A stretch of DNA of 64,000 bases from contig OZ024755.1 in the NCBI GenBank assembly GCA_964016885.1, positions 44,640,001 through 44,704,000 of the forward strand, in the 5' to 3' direction. The position numbers were made by a program, and so were the translations under genes. Of this stretch, positions 13,401 to 29,300 are shown piece by piece (position 1 is the first letter of the stretch; each line of letters starts with the position of its first letter). A model generated the notes under the pieces. It was given only the letters and a program-made list of their open reading frames with translations, did no database searches and was not told where the DNA came from. Origin of the DNA: Eledone cirrhosa (Eukaryota).

Positions 13401-16400
13401 ACCAACATATACTGTGAACCACAGTTGACAGTATCAACATATACTGTGTACCACAGTTGACAGTACCAATGTATACTGTGTACTACTGTTGACAGTACCA
13501 AAATATACTGTGTACCACAGTTGAAAGTACCAACGTATACTGTGTACCACAGTTGACAGTACCAACATATACTGTGTACCACAGTTAACAGTACCAACAT
13601 ATACTGTGTACCACAGTTGACAGTACTAACATATAATGTGTACCACAGTTGGCAGTACCAACATATACTGTGTACCTCAGATGACAGTACCAACATATAC
13701 TGTGTACCACAATTGACAATACCAACATATACTATGTACCACAGTTGACAGTACCAACATATACTGTGTACCACAGTTGACAGTACCAACAAATACTGTG
13801 TACCACAGTTGACAGTACCAACATATACTGTGTACCTCAGTTAACAGTACCCACATATACTGTGTACCACAGTTGACAGTACCATCATATACTGTGAACC
13901 ACAGTTGACAGTTCCAACGTATACTGTGTACCAGAATTGACAGTACCAACATATACTGTGTACCACAGTTGACAGTACCAAAATATACTGTGTACCACAG
14001 CTGACATTACCAACATATACTTGTAACTCTGTTGACAGTACTAACATATACTGTGTACCACAGTTGACTGTACCAACGTATACTGTGTACCACAGTTGAA
14101 AGTACCAACGTATACTCTGTACCACAGTTGACAGTACCAACATATACTGTGTACCACAGCTGACACTACCAACATATACTTGTACCTCAGTTGACAGTAC
14201 TAACATATACTGTGTACCACAGTTGACAGTACCAACGTATACTGTGTACCACAGTTGAAAGTACCTATATATACTGTTTACCACAGTTGACAGTACCAAC
14301 ATATACAGTGTACCACATTTGACAGTTCCATCATATACTGTGTACCACAGTTTACAGTACCAACATATACTGTGTACCACAGTTGACAGTACCAACGTAT
14401 ACTGTGTACCACAGTTGACAGTACCAACATATACTGTGTACCACAGTTCACAGTACCAACATATACAGTGTACCACAATTGACAGTACCAACATATACTG
14501 TGTACCACAGTTGACAGTACCAACGTATACTGTGTACCACAGTTGACAGTACCAACATATACTGTGTACCACAGTTCACAGTACCAACATGTACCGTGTA
14601 CCACATTTGACAGTACCAACGTATACAGTGTACGACAGTTGACAATACCAACATATACTGTGTACCACGGTTGACAGTACCAACATATACTGTATACCAC
14701 AGTTGACAGTACCAACATATACAGTGTACCAGAGTTGACAGTACCAACATATACTGTGTACCATAGTTGACAGTACCAACATAAACCTGTGTACCTCAGT
14801 TGTCAGTACCAACATATACTGTATACCACAGTTGACAGTACCAACATATACTGTGTACCACTGTTGACAGTACCAACATATACCGTGTACCACAGTTGAC
14901 AGTACCAACATATACTGTGTACCACAGCTGACACTACCAACATATACTTGTACCTCAATTGACAGTACTACCATATATTGTGTACCACCGTTGACAATAC
15001 CAACGTATACTGTGTACCACAGTTGACAGTACCAACGTATACTGTGCACCACAGTTGACAGTACCAACATATACTGTGTACCACAGTTGACAATACCAAC
15101 ATATATTGTGTACCACAGTTGACAATACCAACACATATAGTGTACCACAGTTGACAGTACCAACGTATACTGTGTACCACAGTTGAGAGTACCAACATGT
15201 ACCGTGTACCACAGTTGACACTACCAACGTATACTGTGTACCACAGTTGACAATACCAACATATACTGTGTACCACAGTTGACAGTACCAACATATACTG
15301 TGTACCACAGTTGAAAGTACCAACGTATACTGTGTACCACAGTTGACAACACCAACATATACTGTGTACCACAGTTGACAGTACCAACATATACTGTATA
15401 CCACAGTTGACAGTACCAACATATACTGTGTACCACAGTTGACAGTACCAACATATACTGTGTACCACTGTTGACAGTACCAACATATACCGTGTACCAC
15501 AGTTGACAGTACCAACATATACTGTGTACCACAGCTGACACTACCAACATATACTTGTACCTCAGTTGACAGTACTACCATATATTGTGTACCACCGTTG
15601 ACAATACCAACGTATACTGTGTACCACAGTTGACAGTACCAACGTATACTGTGCACCACAGTTGACAGTACCAAAATATACTGTGTACCACAGTTGACAA
15701 TACCAACATATACTGTGTACCACAGTTGACAGTACCAACACATGTAGTGTACCACAGTTGACAGTACCAACGTATACTGTGTACCACAGTTGCCAATGCC
15801 AACATATACTGTGTACTACAGTTGAGAGTACCAACATATACTGTGTACCACAGTTGACAGTACCAACATATACTGTGTACCACAGTTGACAGTACCAACA
15901 TATACTGTGTACCACAGTTGACAGTACCAATGTATAATGTGTACCACAGTTGACAGTACCAACATATACTGTGTACCACAGTTGACAGTACCAACATATA
16001 ATGTGTACCATAGTTGACATTACCAACGTATATTGTGTTCCACAGTTGACAGTACCAACATGTACTGTGTACCACAGTTGAGAGTACCAACGTATACTGT
16101 GTACCACAGTTGACAGTACCAACGTATACTGTGTACCACAGTTGACAGTACCAACATATAACGTGTACCACAGTTGGCTGTACCATCATATACTGTGTAC
16201 CACAGTTGACAGTACCAACATATATTGTGTACCACAGTTGACAGTACCAACATATACTGTGTACCACAGTTGACAATACCAACATATACTGTGTACCACA
16301 GTTGACAATACCAACACATATAGTGTACCACAGTTGACAGTACCAACGTATATCGTGTACCACAGTTGCCAATGCTAACATATACTGTGTACCACAGTTG

Positions 16401-18300
16401 AGAGTACCAACATGTACCGTGTACCACAGTTGACAGTACCAACGTATACTGTGTACCACAGTTGACAATACCAACATATACTGTGTACCACAGTTGACAG
16501 TACCAACATATACTGTATACCACAGTTGACAGTACCAACATATACTGTGTACCACAGTTGACAGTACCAACATATACTGTGTACCACAGTTGACAGTACA
16601 AACATATACTGTATACCACAGTCGACAGTACCAACATATACTGTGTACCAGTGTTGACAGTACCAACATATACTGTGTACCACAGTTGACAGTACCAACA
16701 TATACTGTGTACCACAGCTGACACTACCAAAATATACTTGTACCTCAGTTGACAGTACTAACATATATTGTGTACCACTGTTGACAGTACCAACGTATAC
16801 TGTGTACCACAGTTGCCAATGCCAACATATACTGTGTACCACAGTTGACAGTACCAACATATACTGTGAACCACAGTTGACAGTATCAACATATACTGTG
16901 TACCACAGTTGACAGTACCAATGTATACTGTGTACTACTGTTGACAGTACCAAAATATACTGTGTACCACAGTTGAAAGTACCAACGTATACTGTGTACC
17001 ACAGTTGACAGTACCAACATATACTGTGTACCACAGTTAACAGTACCAACATATACTGTGTACCACAGTTGACAGTACTAACATATAATGTGTACCACAG
17101 TTGGCAGTACCAACATATACTGTGTACCTCAGATGACAGTACCAACATATACTGTGTACCACAATTGACAATACCAACATATACTATGTACCACAGTTGA
17201 CAGTACCAACATATACTGTGTACCACAGTTGACAGTACCAACATATACTGTGTACCACAGTTGACAGTACCAACATATACTCTGTACCTCAGTTAACAGT
17301 ACCCACATATACTGTGTACCACAGTTGACAGTTCCAACGTATACTGTGTACCAGAATTGACAGTACCAACATATACTGTGTACCACAGTTGACAGTACCA
17401 AAATATACTGTGTACCACAGCTGACATTACCAACATATACTTGTAACTCTGTTGACAGTACTAACATATACTGTGTACCACAGTTGACTGTACCAACGTA
17501 TACTGTGTACCACAGTTGAAAGTACCAACGTATACTCTGTACCACAGTTGACAGTACCAACATATACTGTGTACCACAGCTGACACTACCAACATATACT
17601 TGTACCTCAGTTGACAGTACTAACATATACTGTGTACCACAGTTGACAGTACCAACGTATACTGTGTACCACAGTTGAAAGTACCTATATATACTGTTTA
17701 CCACAGTTGACAGTACCAACATATACAGTGTACCACATTTGACAGTTCCATCATATACAGTGTACCACAGTTTACAGTACCAACATATACTGTGTACCAC
17801 AGTTGACAGTACCAACGTATACTGTGTACCACAGTTGACAGTACCAACATATACTGTGTACCACAGTTCACAGTACCAACATATACAGTGTACCACAATT
17901 GACAATACCAACATATACTGTGTACCACAGTTGACAGTACCAACATGTACCGTGTACCACATTTGACAGTACCAACGTATACAGTGTACGACAGTTGACA
18001 ATACCAACATATACTGTGTACCACGGTTGACAGTACCAACATATACTGTATACCACAGTTGACAGTACCAACATATACAGTGTACCAGAGTTGACAGTAC
18101 CAACATATACTGTGTACCACAGTTGACAGTACCAACATATACTGTATACCACAGTTGACAGTACCAACATATACTGTGTACCACTGTTGACAGTACCAAC
18201 ATATACCGTGTACCACAGTTGACAGTACCAACATATACTGTGTACCACAGCTGACACTACCAACATATACTTGTACCTCATTTTACAGTACTACAATATA
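4490..18300. repeat. Higher-order repeat domain: about 3.36-3.42 kb units with nested 1.57/1.82 kb duplications (6,805-bp super-period)
   Basis: Marker TGAAAGTACCTATATATACTGTTT at 7451, 10871, 12691, 14256 and 17676 (spacings 3420, 1820, 1565, 3420). Marker CATAAACCTG at 4555, 7911 and 14780. Near-identical ORF pairs are offset by 3356 (4730/8086, 5414/8770, 6025/9381) and 6805 (8770/15575, 10324/17129). Confidence 0.92.
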
Positions 18301-21300
18301 TTGTGTACCACCGTTGACAATACCAACGTATACTGTGTACCACAGTTGACAGTACCAACGTATACTGTGTACCATAGTTGACAGTACCAACATATACTGT
18401 GTACCACAGTTGACAGTACCAACATGTACTGTGTACCACAGTTGACAGTGCCAACATATACTGTGTACCACATTTGGCAGTACCAACATATACTGTGTAC
18501 CTCAGTTGACAGTACCAACATATACTGTGTACCAAAGTTGACAGTACCAACGTATACTGTGTACCACTGTTGACAGTACCAACGTATACAGTGTACCACA
18601 GTTGACAGTACAAACATATACTGTGTAACACAGTTGACAATACCAACATATACTGTGTAGCACAGTTGACAGTACCAACATATACTGTATACCACAGTTG
18701 ACAGTACCAACATATACAGTGTACCAGAGTTGACAGTACCAACATATACTGTGTACCACAGTTGACAGTACCAACATATAGTGTATACCACAGTTGACAG
18801 TACCAACATATACTGTGTACCACTGTTGACAGTACCAACATATACCGTGTACCACAGTTGACAGTACCAACATATACTGTGTACCACAGCTGACACTACC
18901 AACATATACTTGTACCACATTTTACAGTACTACAATATATTGTGTACCACCGTTGACAATACCAACGTATACTGTGTACCACAGTTGACAGTACCAACGT
19001 ATACTGTGTACCACAGTTGACAGTACCAACATATACTGTGTACCACAGTTGACAATACCAGCATATACTGTGTACCACAGTTGACAATACCAACACATAC
19101 TGTGTACCACAGTTGACAGTACCAACGTATACTGTGTACCACAGTTGCCAATGCCAACATATACTGTGTACCACAGTTGACAGTACCAACATATACTGTG
19201 TACCACAGTTGACAGTACCAACATATTCTGTGTACCACAGTTGACAGTACCAACATATACTGTGTACCACAGTTGACAGTACCAATGTATACTGTGTACC
19301 ACTGTTGACAGTACCAAAATATACTGTGTACCACAGTTGACAGTACCAACGTATACTGTGTACCAGAGTTGACAGTACCAACATATAACGTGTACCACAG
19401 TTGACAGTACCAACATATACTGTGTACCACAGTTGACAGTACCAACATGTACTGTGTACCACAGTTGACAGTGGCAACATATACTGTGTACCACATTTGG
19501 CAGTACCAACATATACAGTGTACCTCAGTTGACAGTACCAACATATACTGTGTACCAAAGTTGACAGTACCAACGTATACTGTGTACCACAGTTGACAGT
19601 ACCAACGTATACAGTGTACCACAGTTGACAGTACAAACATATACTGTGTAACACAGTTGACAATACCAACATATACTGTGTACCACAGTTGACAGTACCA
19701 ACGTATACTGTGTACCACTGTTGACAGTACCAACATATACTGTGTACCACAATTGACAGTACCAACATATACTGTGTACCACAGTTGACAGTACCAACAT
19801 GTACCTTGAACCACAATTGACAGTACCAACGTATACTGTGTACCACAGTTGAGAGTACCAACGTATAGTATGTACCACAGTTGACAGTACCAACATATAC
19901 TGTGTACCACAGTTGACAGTACCAACATATACTGTGTACCACAGTTCACAGTACCAACGTATACTGTGTACCACATTTGACAGTACCAACATATACTGTG
20001 TACCACAGTTGACAGTACCAACATATACTGTGTACCACAGTTGCCAATGCCAACATATACTGTGTACCACAGTTGACAGGTACCAACATATACTGTGTAC
20101 CACAGTTGACAGTACCAACATATACTGTGTACCACAGTTGACAGTACCAATGTATACTGTGTACCACTGTTGACAGTACCAAAATATACTGTGTACCACA
20201 GTTGACAGTACCAACATATACTGTGTACCAGAGATGACAGTACCAACATATACTGTGTACCACAGTTGACAGTACTAACATATACTGTGTACTACAGTTG
20301 ACAGAACCAACATATACTGTGTACCACAGTTGACAGTACCAACATGTACTGTGTACCACAGTTGACAGTGCCAACATATACTGTGTACCACAGTTGACAG
20401 TACCAACATATACTGTGTACCACAGTTGACAGTACCAACATATACTGTGTACCACAGTTGACAGTACCAATGTATAATGTGTACCACAGTTGACAGTACC
20501 AACATATACTGTGTACCATAGTTGACATTACCAACGTATATTGTGTTCCACAGTTGACAGTACCAACATGTACTGTGTACCACAGTTGACAGTACCAACG
20601 TATACTGTGTACCACAGTTGACAGTACCAACGTATACTGTGTACCACAGTTGACAGTACCAACATATAACGTGTACCACAGTTGGCAGTACCATCATATA
20701 CTGTGTACCACAGTTGACAGTACCAACATATATTGTGTACCACAGTTGACAGTACCAACATATACTGTGTACCATAGTTGACATTACCAACGTATATTGT
20801 GTACCACAGTTGACAGTACCAACATATCCTGTGTACCTCAGTTGACAGTACCAACATATACTGTATACCACAGTTGACAGTACCAACATATACTGTGTAC
20901 CACTGTTGACAGTACCAATATATACCGTGTACCACAGTTGACAGTACCAACATATACTGTGTACCACAGCTGACACTACCAACATATACTTGTACTTCAG
21001 TTGACAGTACTACCATATATTGTGTACCACCGTTGACAATACCAACGTATACTGTGTACCACAGTTGACAGTACCAACGTATACTGTGCACCACAGTTGA
21101 CAGTACCAACATATACTGTGTACCACAGTTGACAATACCAACATATACTGTGTACCACAGTTGACAATACCAACACATATAGTGTACCACAGTTGACAGT
21201 ACCAACGTATACTGTGTACCACAGTTGCCAATGCCAACATATACTGTGTACCACAGTTGAGAGTACCAACATATACTGTGTACCACAGTTGACAGTACCA

Positions 21301-24300
21301 ACATATACTGTGTACCACAGTTGACAGTACCAATGTATACTGTGTACCACAGTTGACAGTACCAACATATACTGTGTACCACAGTTGACAGTACCAACAT
21401 ATACTGTGTACCCTAGTTGACATTACCAACGTATATCGTGTACCACAGTTGACAGTACCAACATGTACTGTGTACCACAGTTGACAGTACCAACGTATAC
21501 TGTGTACCACAGTTGACAGTACCAACGTATACTGTGTACCACAGTTGACAGTACCAACATATAACGTGTACCACAGTTGGCAGTACCATCATATGCTGTG
21601 TACCACAGTTGACAGTACCAACATATATTGTGTACCACAGTTGACAGTACCAACATATACTGTGTACCATAGTTGACATTACCAACGTATATTGTGTACC
21701 ACAGTTGACAGTACCAACATACACCGTGTACAACAGTTGACAGTACCAACATATACTGTGTACCACAGTTGCGAGTACCAACATAAACTGTGTACCACAG
21801 TTGACAGTACCAACATATACTGTGTACCACAGTTGACAGTACCAACATATACTGTATACCACAGTTGACAGTACCAACATATACTGTGTACCACAGTTGA
21901 CAGTACCAAGATATACTGTGTACCACAGTTGACAGTACCAACATATACTGTGTAGCACAGTTGACAGTACTAACGTATACTGTGTACTACAGTTGACAGT
22001 ACCAACATATACTGTGTACCACAGTTGACAGTACCAACATGTACTGTGTACCACAGTTGACAGTACCAACATATACTGTGTACCACAGTTGGCAGTACCA
22101 ACATATACAGTGTACCACAGTTGACAGTACCAACATATACTGTGTACCACATTTGACAGTACCAACATATACTGTGTACCACAGTTGACAGTACCAACAT
22201 GTACCGTGAACCACAGTTGACAGTACCAACATATACTGTGTACAACAGTTGAGAGTACCAACGTATAGTATGTACCTCAGTTGACAGTACCAACATATAC
22301 TGTGTACCACAGCTGACAGTACCAACATATACTGTGTACCACAGTTCACAGTACCAAAGTATACTGTGTACCACATTTGACAGTACCAACATATACTGTG
22401 TACCACAGTTGACAGTACCAACATATACTGTGTACCACTGTTGACAGTACCAACATGTACCGTGTACCACAGTTGACAGTAGCAACGTATACTGTGTACC
22501 ACAGTTGACAATACCAACATATACTGTGTACCACAGTTGACAGTACCAACATATACTGTGTACCTCAGTTAACAGTACCCACATATACTGTGTACCACAG
22601 TTGACAGTACCAACATATACTGTGTACCACAGTTGACAGTATAAACATATACTGTGTACCACAGTTGACAGTACCATCATATACTGTGTACCACAGTTAA
22701 CAGTACCAACGTATACTGTCTACCACAGTTGACAGTACCAACATATACTGTGTACCACAGTTGACAGTACCAACATATACAGTGTACCACAGTTGACAGT
22801 ACCAACATATACTGTGTACCACAGTTGACAGTACCAACATATACTGTGTACCACAGCTGACACTACCAACATATACTTGTACCTCAGTTGACAGTACTAA
22901 CATATACTATGTACCACAGTTGACAGTACCAACATATACTGTGTACCACAGTTGACAGTACCAACATATACTGTGTACCACAGTTGACAGTACCAACATA
23001 TACTCGGTGCCACTTTTCACAGTACCAACATATACTGTGTACCACAGTTGACAATACCAACGTATACTGTGTACCACATTTGACAGTACCAACGTATACT
23101 GTGTACCACAGTTGACAATGCCATCATATAGTGTGTACCACATTTGAGAGTACCAACATATACTGTGTACCACATTTGACAGTACCATCTTATACTGTGT
23201 ACCACAGTTGACAGTACCAACGTATACTGTGTACCACAGTTGAAAGTACCCACGTATACTGTGTACCACAGTTGACAGTACCAACATAAACTGTGTACCA
23301 CAGTTGACAGTACAAACGTATACTGTGTAACACAGTTGACAATACCAACATATACTGTGTACCACAGTTGACAGTACCAACATATACTGTATACCACAGT
23401 TGACAGTACCAACATATACTGTGTACCACAGTTGACAGTACCAACATATACTGTGTACCACAGTTGACAATACCAACATATACTGTATACCACAGTCGAC
23501 AGTACCAACATATACTGTGTACCAGTGTTGACAGTACCAACATATACTGTGTACCACAGTTGACAGTACCAACATATACTGTGTACCACAGCTGACACTA
23601 CCAAAATATACTTGTACCTCAGTTGACAGTACTAACATATATTGTGTACCACCGTTGACAGTACCAACGTATACTGTGTACCACAGTTGCCAATGCCAAC
23701 ATATACTGTGTACCACAGTTGACAGTACCAACATATACTGTGTACCACAGTTGACAGTACCAACATATACTGTGAACCACAGTTGACAGTATCAACATAT
23801 ACTGTGTACCACAGTTGACAGTACCAATGTATACTGTGTACCACTGTTGACAGTACCAAAATATACTGTGTACCACAGTTGACAGTACCAACGTATACTG
23901 TGTACCACAGTTGACAGTACCAACATATACTGTGTACCACAGTTAACAGTACCAACATATACTGTGTACCACAGTTGACAGTACTAACATATACTGTGTA
24001 CCACAGTTGGCAGTACCAACATATACTGTGTACCTCAGATGACAGTACCAACATATACTGTGTACCACAATTGACAATACCAACATATACTGTGTACCAC
24101 AGTTGACAGTACCAACATATACTGTGTACCAGAGTTGACAGTACCAACATATATAGTGTGTACCACAGTTGACAGTACCAACATATACTGTGTACCTCAG
24201 TTAACAGTACCCACATATACTGTGTACCACAGTTGACAGTACCATCATATACTGTGTACCACAGTTGACAGTTCCAACGTATACTGTGTACCAGAATTGA

Positions 24301-26399
24301 CAGTACCAACATATACTGTGTTCCACAGTTGACAGTACCAAAATATACTGTGTACCACAGCTGACATTACCAACATATACTTGTAACTCTGTTGACAGTA
24401 CTAACATATACTGTGTACCACAGTTGACTGTACCAACGTATACTGTGTACCACAGTTGACAGTACCAACATATACTGTGTACCACTGTTGACAATACCAA
24501 CATATATTGTGTACCACAGTTGACAGTACCAACGTATAGTGTGTACCACTGGTGACAGTACCAACATATACTGTGTACCACGTTTGACAGTACCAACATA
24601 TACAGTGAACCACAGTTGACAGTACCAACATATACTGTGTACCACAGTTGACAGTACCAACATATACTGTGTACCACAGCTGACACTACCAACATATACT
24701 TGTACCTCAGTTGACAGTACTAACATATACTGTGTACCACAGTTGACAGTACCAACGTATACTGTGTACCACAGTTGAAAGTACCTATATATACTGTTTA
24801 CCACAGTTGACAGTACCAACATATACAGTGTACCACATTTGACAGTACCATCATATACTGTGTACCACAGTTGACAGTACCAACATATACTGTGTACCAC
24901 AGTTGACAGTACCAACGTATACTGTGTACCACAGTTGACAGTACCAACATATACTGTGTACCACAGTTCAGAGTACCAACATATACAGTGTACCACAATT
25001 GACAGTACCAACATATACTGTGTACCACAGTTGAGAGTACCAACATATACTGTGTACCACAGTTGACAGTACCAACATGTAACGTGTACCACATTTGACA
25101 GTACCAACATATACTGTATACCACAGTTGACAGTACCAACATATACAGTGTACCAGAGTTGACAGTACCAACATATACTGTGTACCACAGTTGACAGTAC
25201 CAACATATACTGTATACCACAGTTGACAGTACCAACATATACTGTGTACCACTGTTGATAGTACCAACATATACCGTGTACCACAGTTGACAGTACCAAC
25301 ATATACTGTGTACCACAGCTGACACTACCAACATATACTTGCACCTCATTTTACAGTACTACCATATATTGTGTACCACCGTTGACAATACCAACGTATA
25401 CTGTGTACCACAGTTGACAGTACCAACGTATACTGTGTACCACAGTTGACAGTACCAACATATACTGTGTACCACAGTTGACAATACCAGCATATACTGT
25501 GTACCACAGTTGACAATACCAACACATACTGTGTACCACAGTTGACAGTTCCAACGTATACTGTGTACCACAGTTGCCAATGCCAACATATACTGTGTAC
25601 CACAGTTGACAGTACCAACATATACTGTGTACCACAGTTGACAGTACCAACATATTCTGTGTACCACAGTTGACAGTACCAACATATACTGTGTACCACA
25701 GTTGACAGTACCAATGTATACTGTGTACCACTGTTGACAGTACCAAAATATACTGTGTACCACAGTTGACAGTACCAACGTATACTGTGTACCAGAGTTG
25801 ACAGTACCAACATAAACTGTTTACCACAGTTGACAGTACCAACATGTACTGTGTACCACAGTTGACAGTGCCAACATATACTGTGTACCACATTTGGCAG
25901 TACCAACATATACTGTGTACCTCAGTTGACAGTACCAACATATACTGTGTACCAAAGTTGACAGTACCAACGTATACTGTGTACCACAGTTGACAGTACC
26001 AACGTATACAGTGTACCACAGTTGACAGTACCAACATATACTGTGTAGCACAGTTGACAATACCAACATATACTGTGTTCCACAGTTGACAGTACCAACG
26101 TATACTGTGTACCACTGTTGACAGTACCAACATATACTGTGTACCACAATTGACAGTACCAACATATACTGTGTACCACAGTTGACAGTACCAACATGTA
26201 CCGTGAACCACAGTTGACAGTACCAACGTATACTGTCTACCACATTTGAGAGTACCAACGTATAGTATGTACCACAGTTAACAGTACCAACATATACTGT
26301 GTACCACAGCTGACACTACCAACATATACATGTGCCACTTTTCACAGTACCAACATATACTGTGTACCACAGTTGACAGTACCAACATATACTGTGTAC

Positions 26400-29300
26400 C
26401 ACAGTTCACAGTACCAACGTATACTGTGTACCACATTTGACAGTACCAACATATACTGTGTACCACAGTTGACAGTACCAACATATACTGTGTACCACAG
26501 TTGCCAATGCCAACATATACTGTGTACCACAGTTGACAGTACCAACATATACTGTGTACCACATTTGACAGTACCAACATATACTGTGTACCACAGTTGA
26601 CAGTACCAATGTATACTGTGTACCACTGTTGACAGTACCAAAATATACTGTGTACCACAGTTGACAGTACCAACATATACTGTGTACCAGAGATGACAGT
26701 ACCAACATATACTGTGTACCACAGTTGACAGTACTAACATATACTGTGTACTACAGTTGACAGTACCAACATATACAGTGTACCACAGTTGACAGTACCA
26801 ACATGTACTGTGTACCACAGTTGACAGTGCCAACATATACTGTGTACCACAGTTGACAGTACCAACATATAACGTGTACCACAGTTGGCAGTACCATCAT
26901 ATACTGTGTACCACAGTTGAAAGTACCAACATATACTGTGTACCACAGTTGACAGTACCAACATATACTGTGTACCATAGTTGACAGTACCAACGTATAT
27001 TGTGTACCACAGTTGACAGTACCAACATACACCGTGTACGACAGTTGACAGTACCAACATATACTGTGTACCACAGTTGAGAGTACCAACATAGACTGTG
27101 TACCACAGTTGACAGTACCAACATATTCTGTGTACCACAGTTGACAGTACCAACATATACTGTGTACCACAGTTGACAGTACCAACATATACTGTATACC
27201 ACACTTGACAGTACCAACATATACTGTGTACCACAGTTGACAGTACCAACATATACCGTGTACCACAGTTGACATTACCAACATATACTGTGTACCAGAG
27301 ATGACAGTACCAACATATACTGTGTACCACAGTTGAAAGTACTAACATATACTGTGTACCACAGTTGACAGTACCAACATGAACTGTGTACCACAGTTGA
27401 CAGTGCCAACATATACTGTGTACCACATTTGGCAGTACCAACATATACAGTGTACCTCAGTTGACAGTACCAACATATACTGTGTACCAAAGTTGACAGT
27501 ACCAACGTATACTGTGTACCACAGTTGATAGTACCAAAGTATACAGTGTACCACAGTTGACAGTACCAACGTATATTGTGCACCACAGTTGACAGTACCA
27601 ACATATACTGTGTACCACAGTTGACAATACCAACATATACTGTGTACCACAGTTGACAATACCAACACATATAGTGTACCACAGTTGACAGTACCAACGT
27701 ATACTGTGTACCACAGTTGCCAATGCCAACATATACTGTGTACCACAGTTGACAGTACCAACATATACTGTGTACCACAGTTGACAGTACCAATGTATAC
27801 TGTGTACCACAGTTGACAGTACCAACATATACTGTGCACCACAGTTGACACTACCAACATATACTGTGTACCCTAGTTGACATTACCAACGTATATTGTG
27901 TACCACAGTTGACAGTACCAACATGTACTGTGTACCACAGTTGACAGTACCAACGTATACTGTGTACCACAGTTGACAGTACCAACGTATACTGTGTACC
28001 ACAGTTGACAGTACCAACATATAACGTGTACCACAGTTGGCAGTACCATCATATACTGTGTACCACAGTTGACAGTACCAACATATATTGTGTACCACAG
28101 TTGACAGTACCAACATATACTGTGTACCATAGTTGACATTACCAACGTATATTGTGTACCACAGTTGACAGTACCAACATACACCGTGTACAACAGTTGA
28201 CAGTACCAACATATACTGTGTACCACAGTTGCGAGTACCAACATAAACTGTGTACCACAGTTGACAGTACCAACATATACTGTGTACCACAGTTGACAGT
28301 ACCAACATATACTGTATACCACAGTTGACAGTACCAACATATACTGTGTACCACAGTTGACAGTACCAACATATACTGTGTACCACAGTTGACAGTACCA
28401 ACATATACTGTGTACCACAGTTGACAGTACTAACATATACTGTGTACTACAGTTGACAGTACCAACATATACTGTGTACCACAGTTGACAGTACCAACAT
28501 GTACTGTGTACCACAGTTGACAGTACCAACATATACTGTGTACCACAGTTGGCAGTACCAACATATACAGTGTACCACAGTTGACAGTACCAACATATAC
28601 TGTGTACCACATTTGACAGTACCAACATATACTGTGTACCACAGTTGACAGTACCAACATGTACCGTGAACCACAGTTGACAGTACCAACATATACTGTG
28701 TACCACAGTTGACAGTACCAACGTATAGTGTGTACCACAGTTGACAGTACCAACATATACTGTGTACCACAGTTGACAGTACCAACATATACTGTGTACC
28801 ACAGTTCACAGTACCAAAGTATACTGTGTACCACATTTGACAGTACCAACATATACTGTGTACCACAGTTGACAGTACCAACATATACTGTGTACCACTG
28901 TTGACAGTACCAACATATACCGTGTACCACATTTGACAGTACCAACATATACAGTGTACCACTGTTGACAGTACCAACATATACTGTGTACCACAGTTGA
29001 CAGTACCAACATGTACCGTGTACCACAGTTGACAGTACCAACGTATACTGTGTACCACAGTTGACAATACCAACATATACTGTGTACCACAGTTGACAGT
29101 ACCAACATATACTGTGTACCACAGTTGACAGTTCCAATGTATACTGTGTACCACTGTTGACAGTACCAAAATATACTGTGTACCACAGTTGACAGTACCA
29201 ACATATACTGTGTACCAGAGATGACAGTACCAACATATACTGTGTACCACAGTTGACAGTACTAACATATACTGTGTACTACAGTTGACAGTACCAACAT

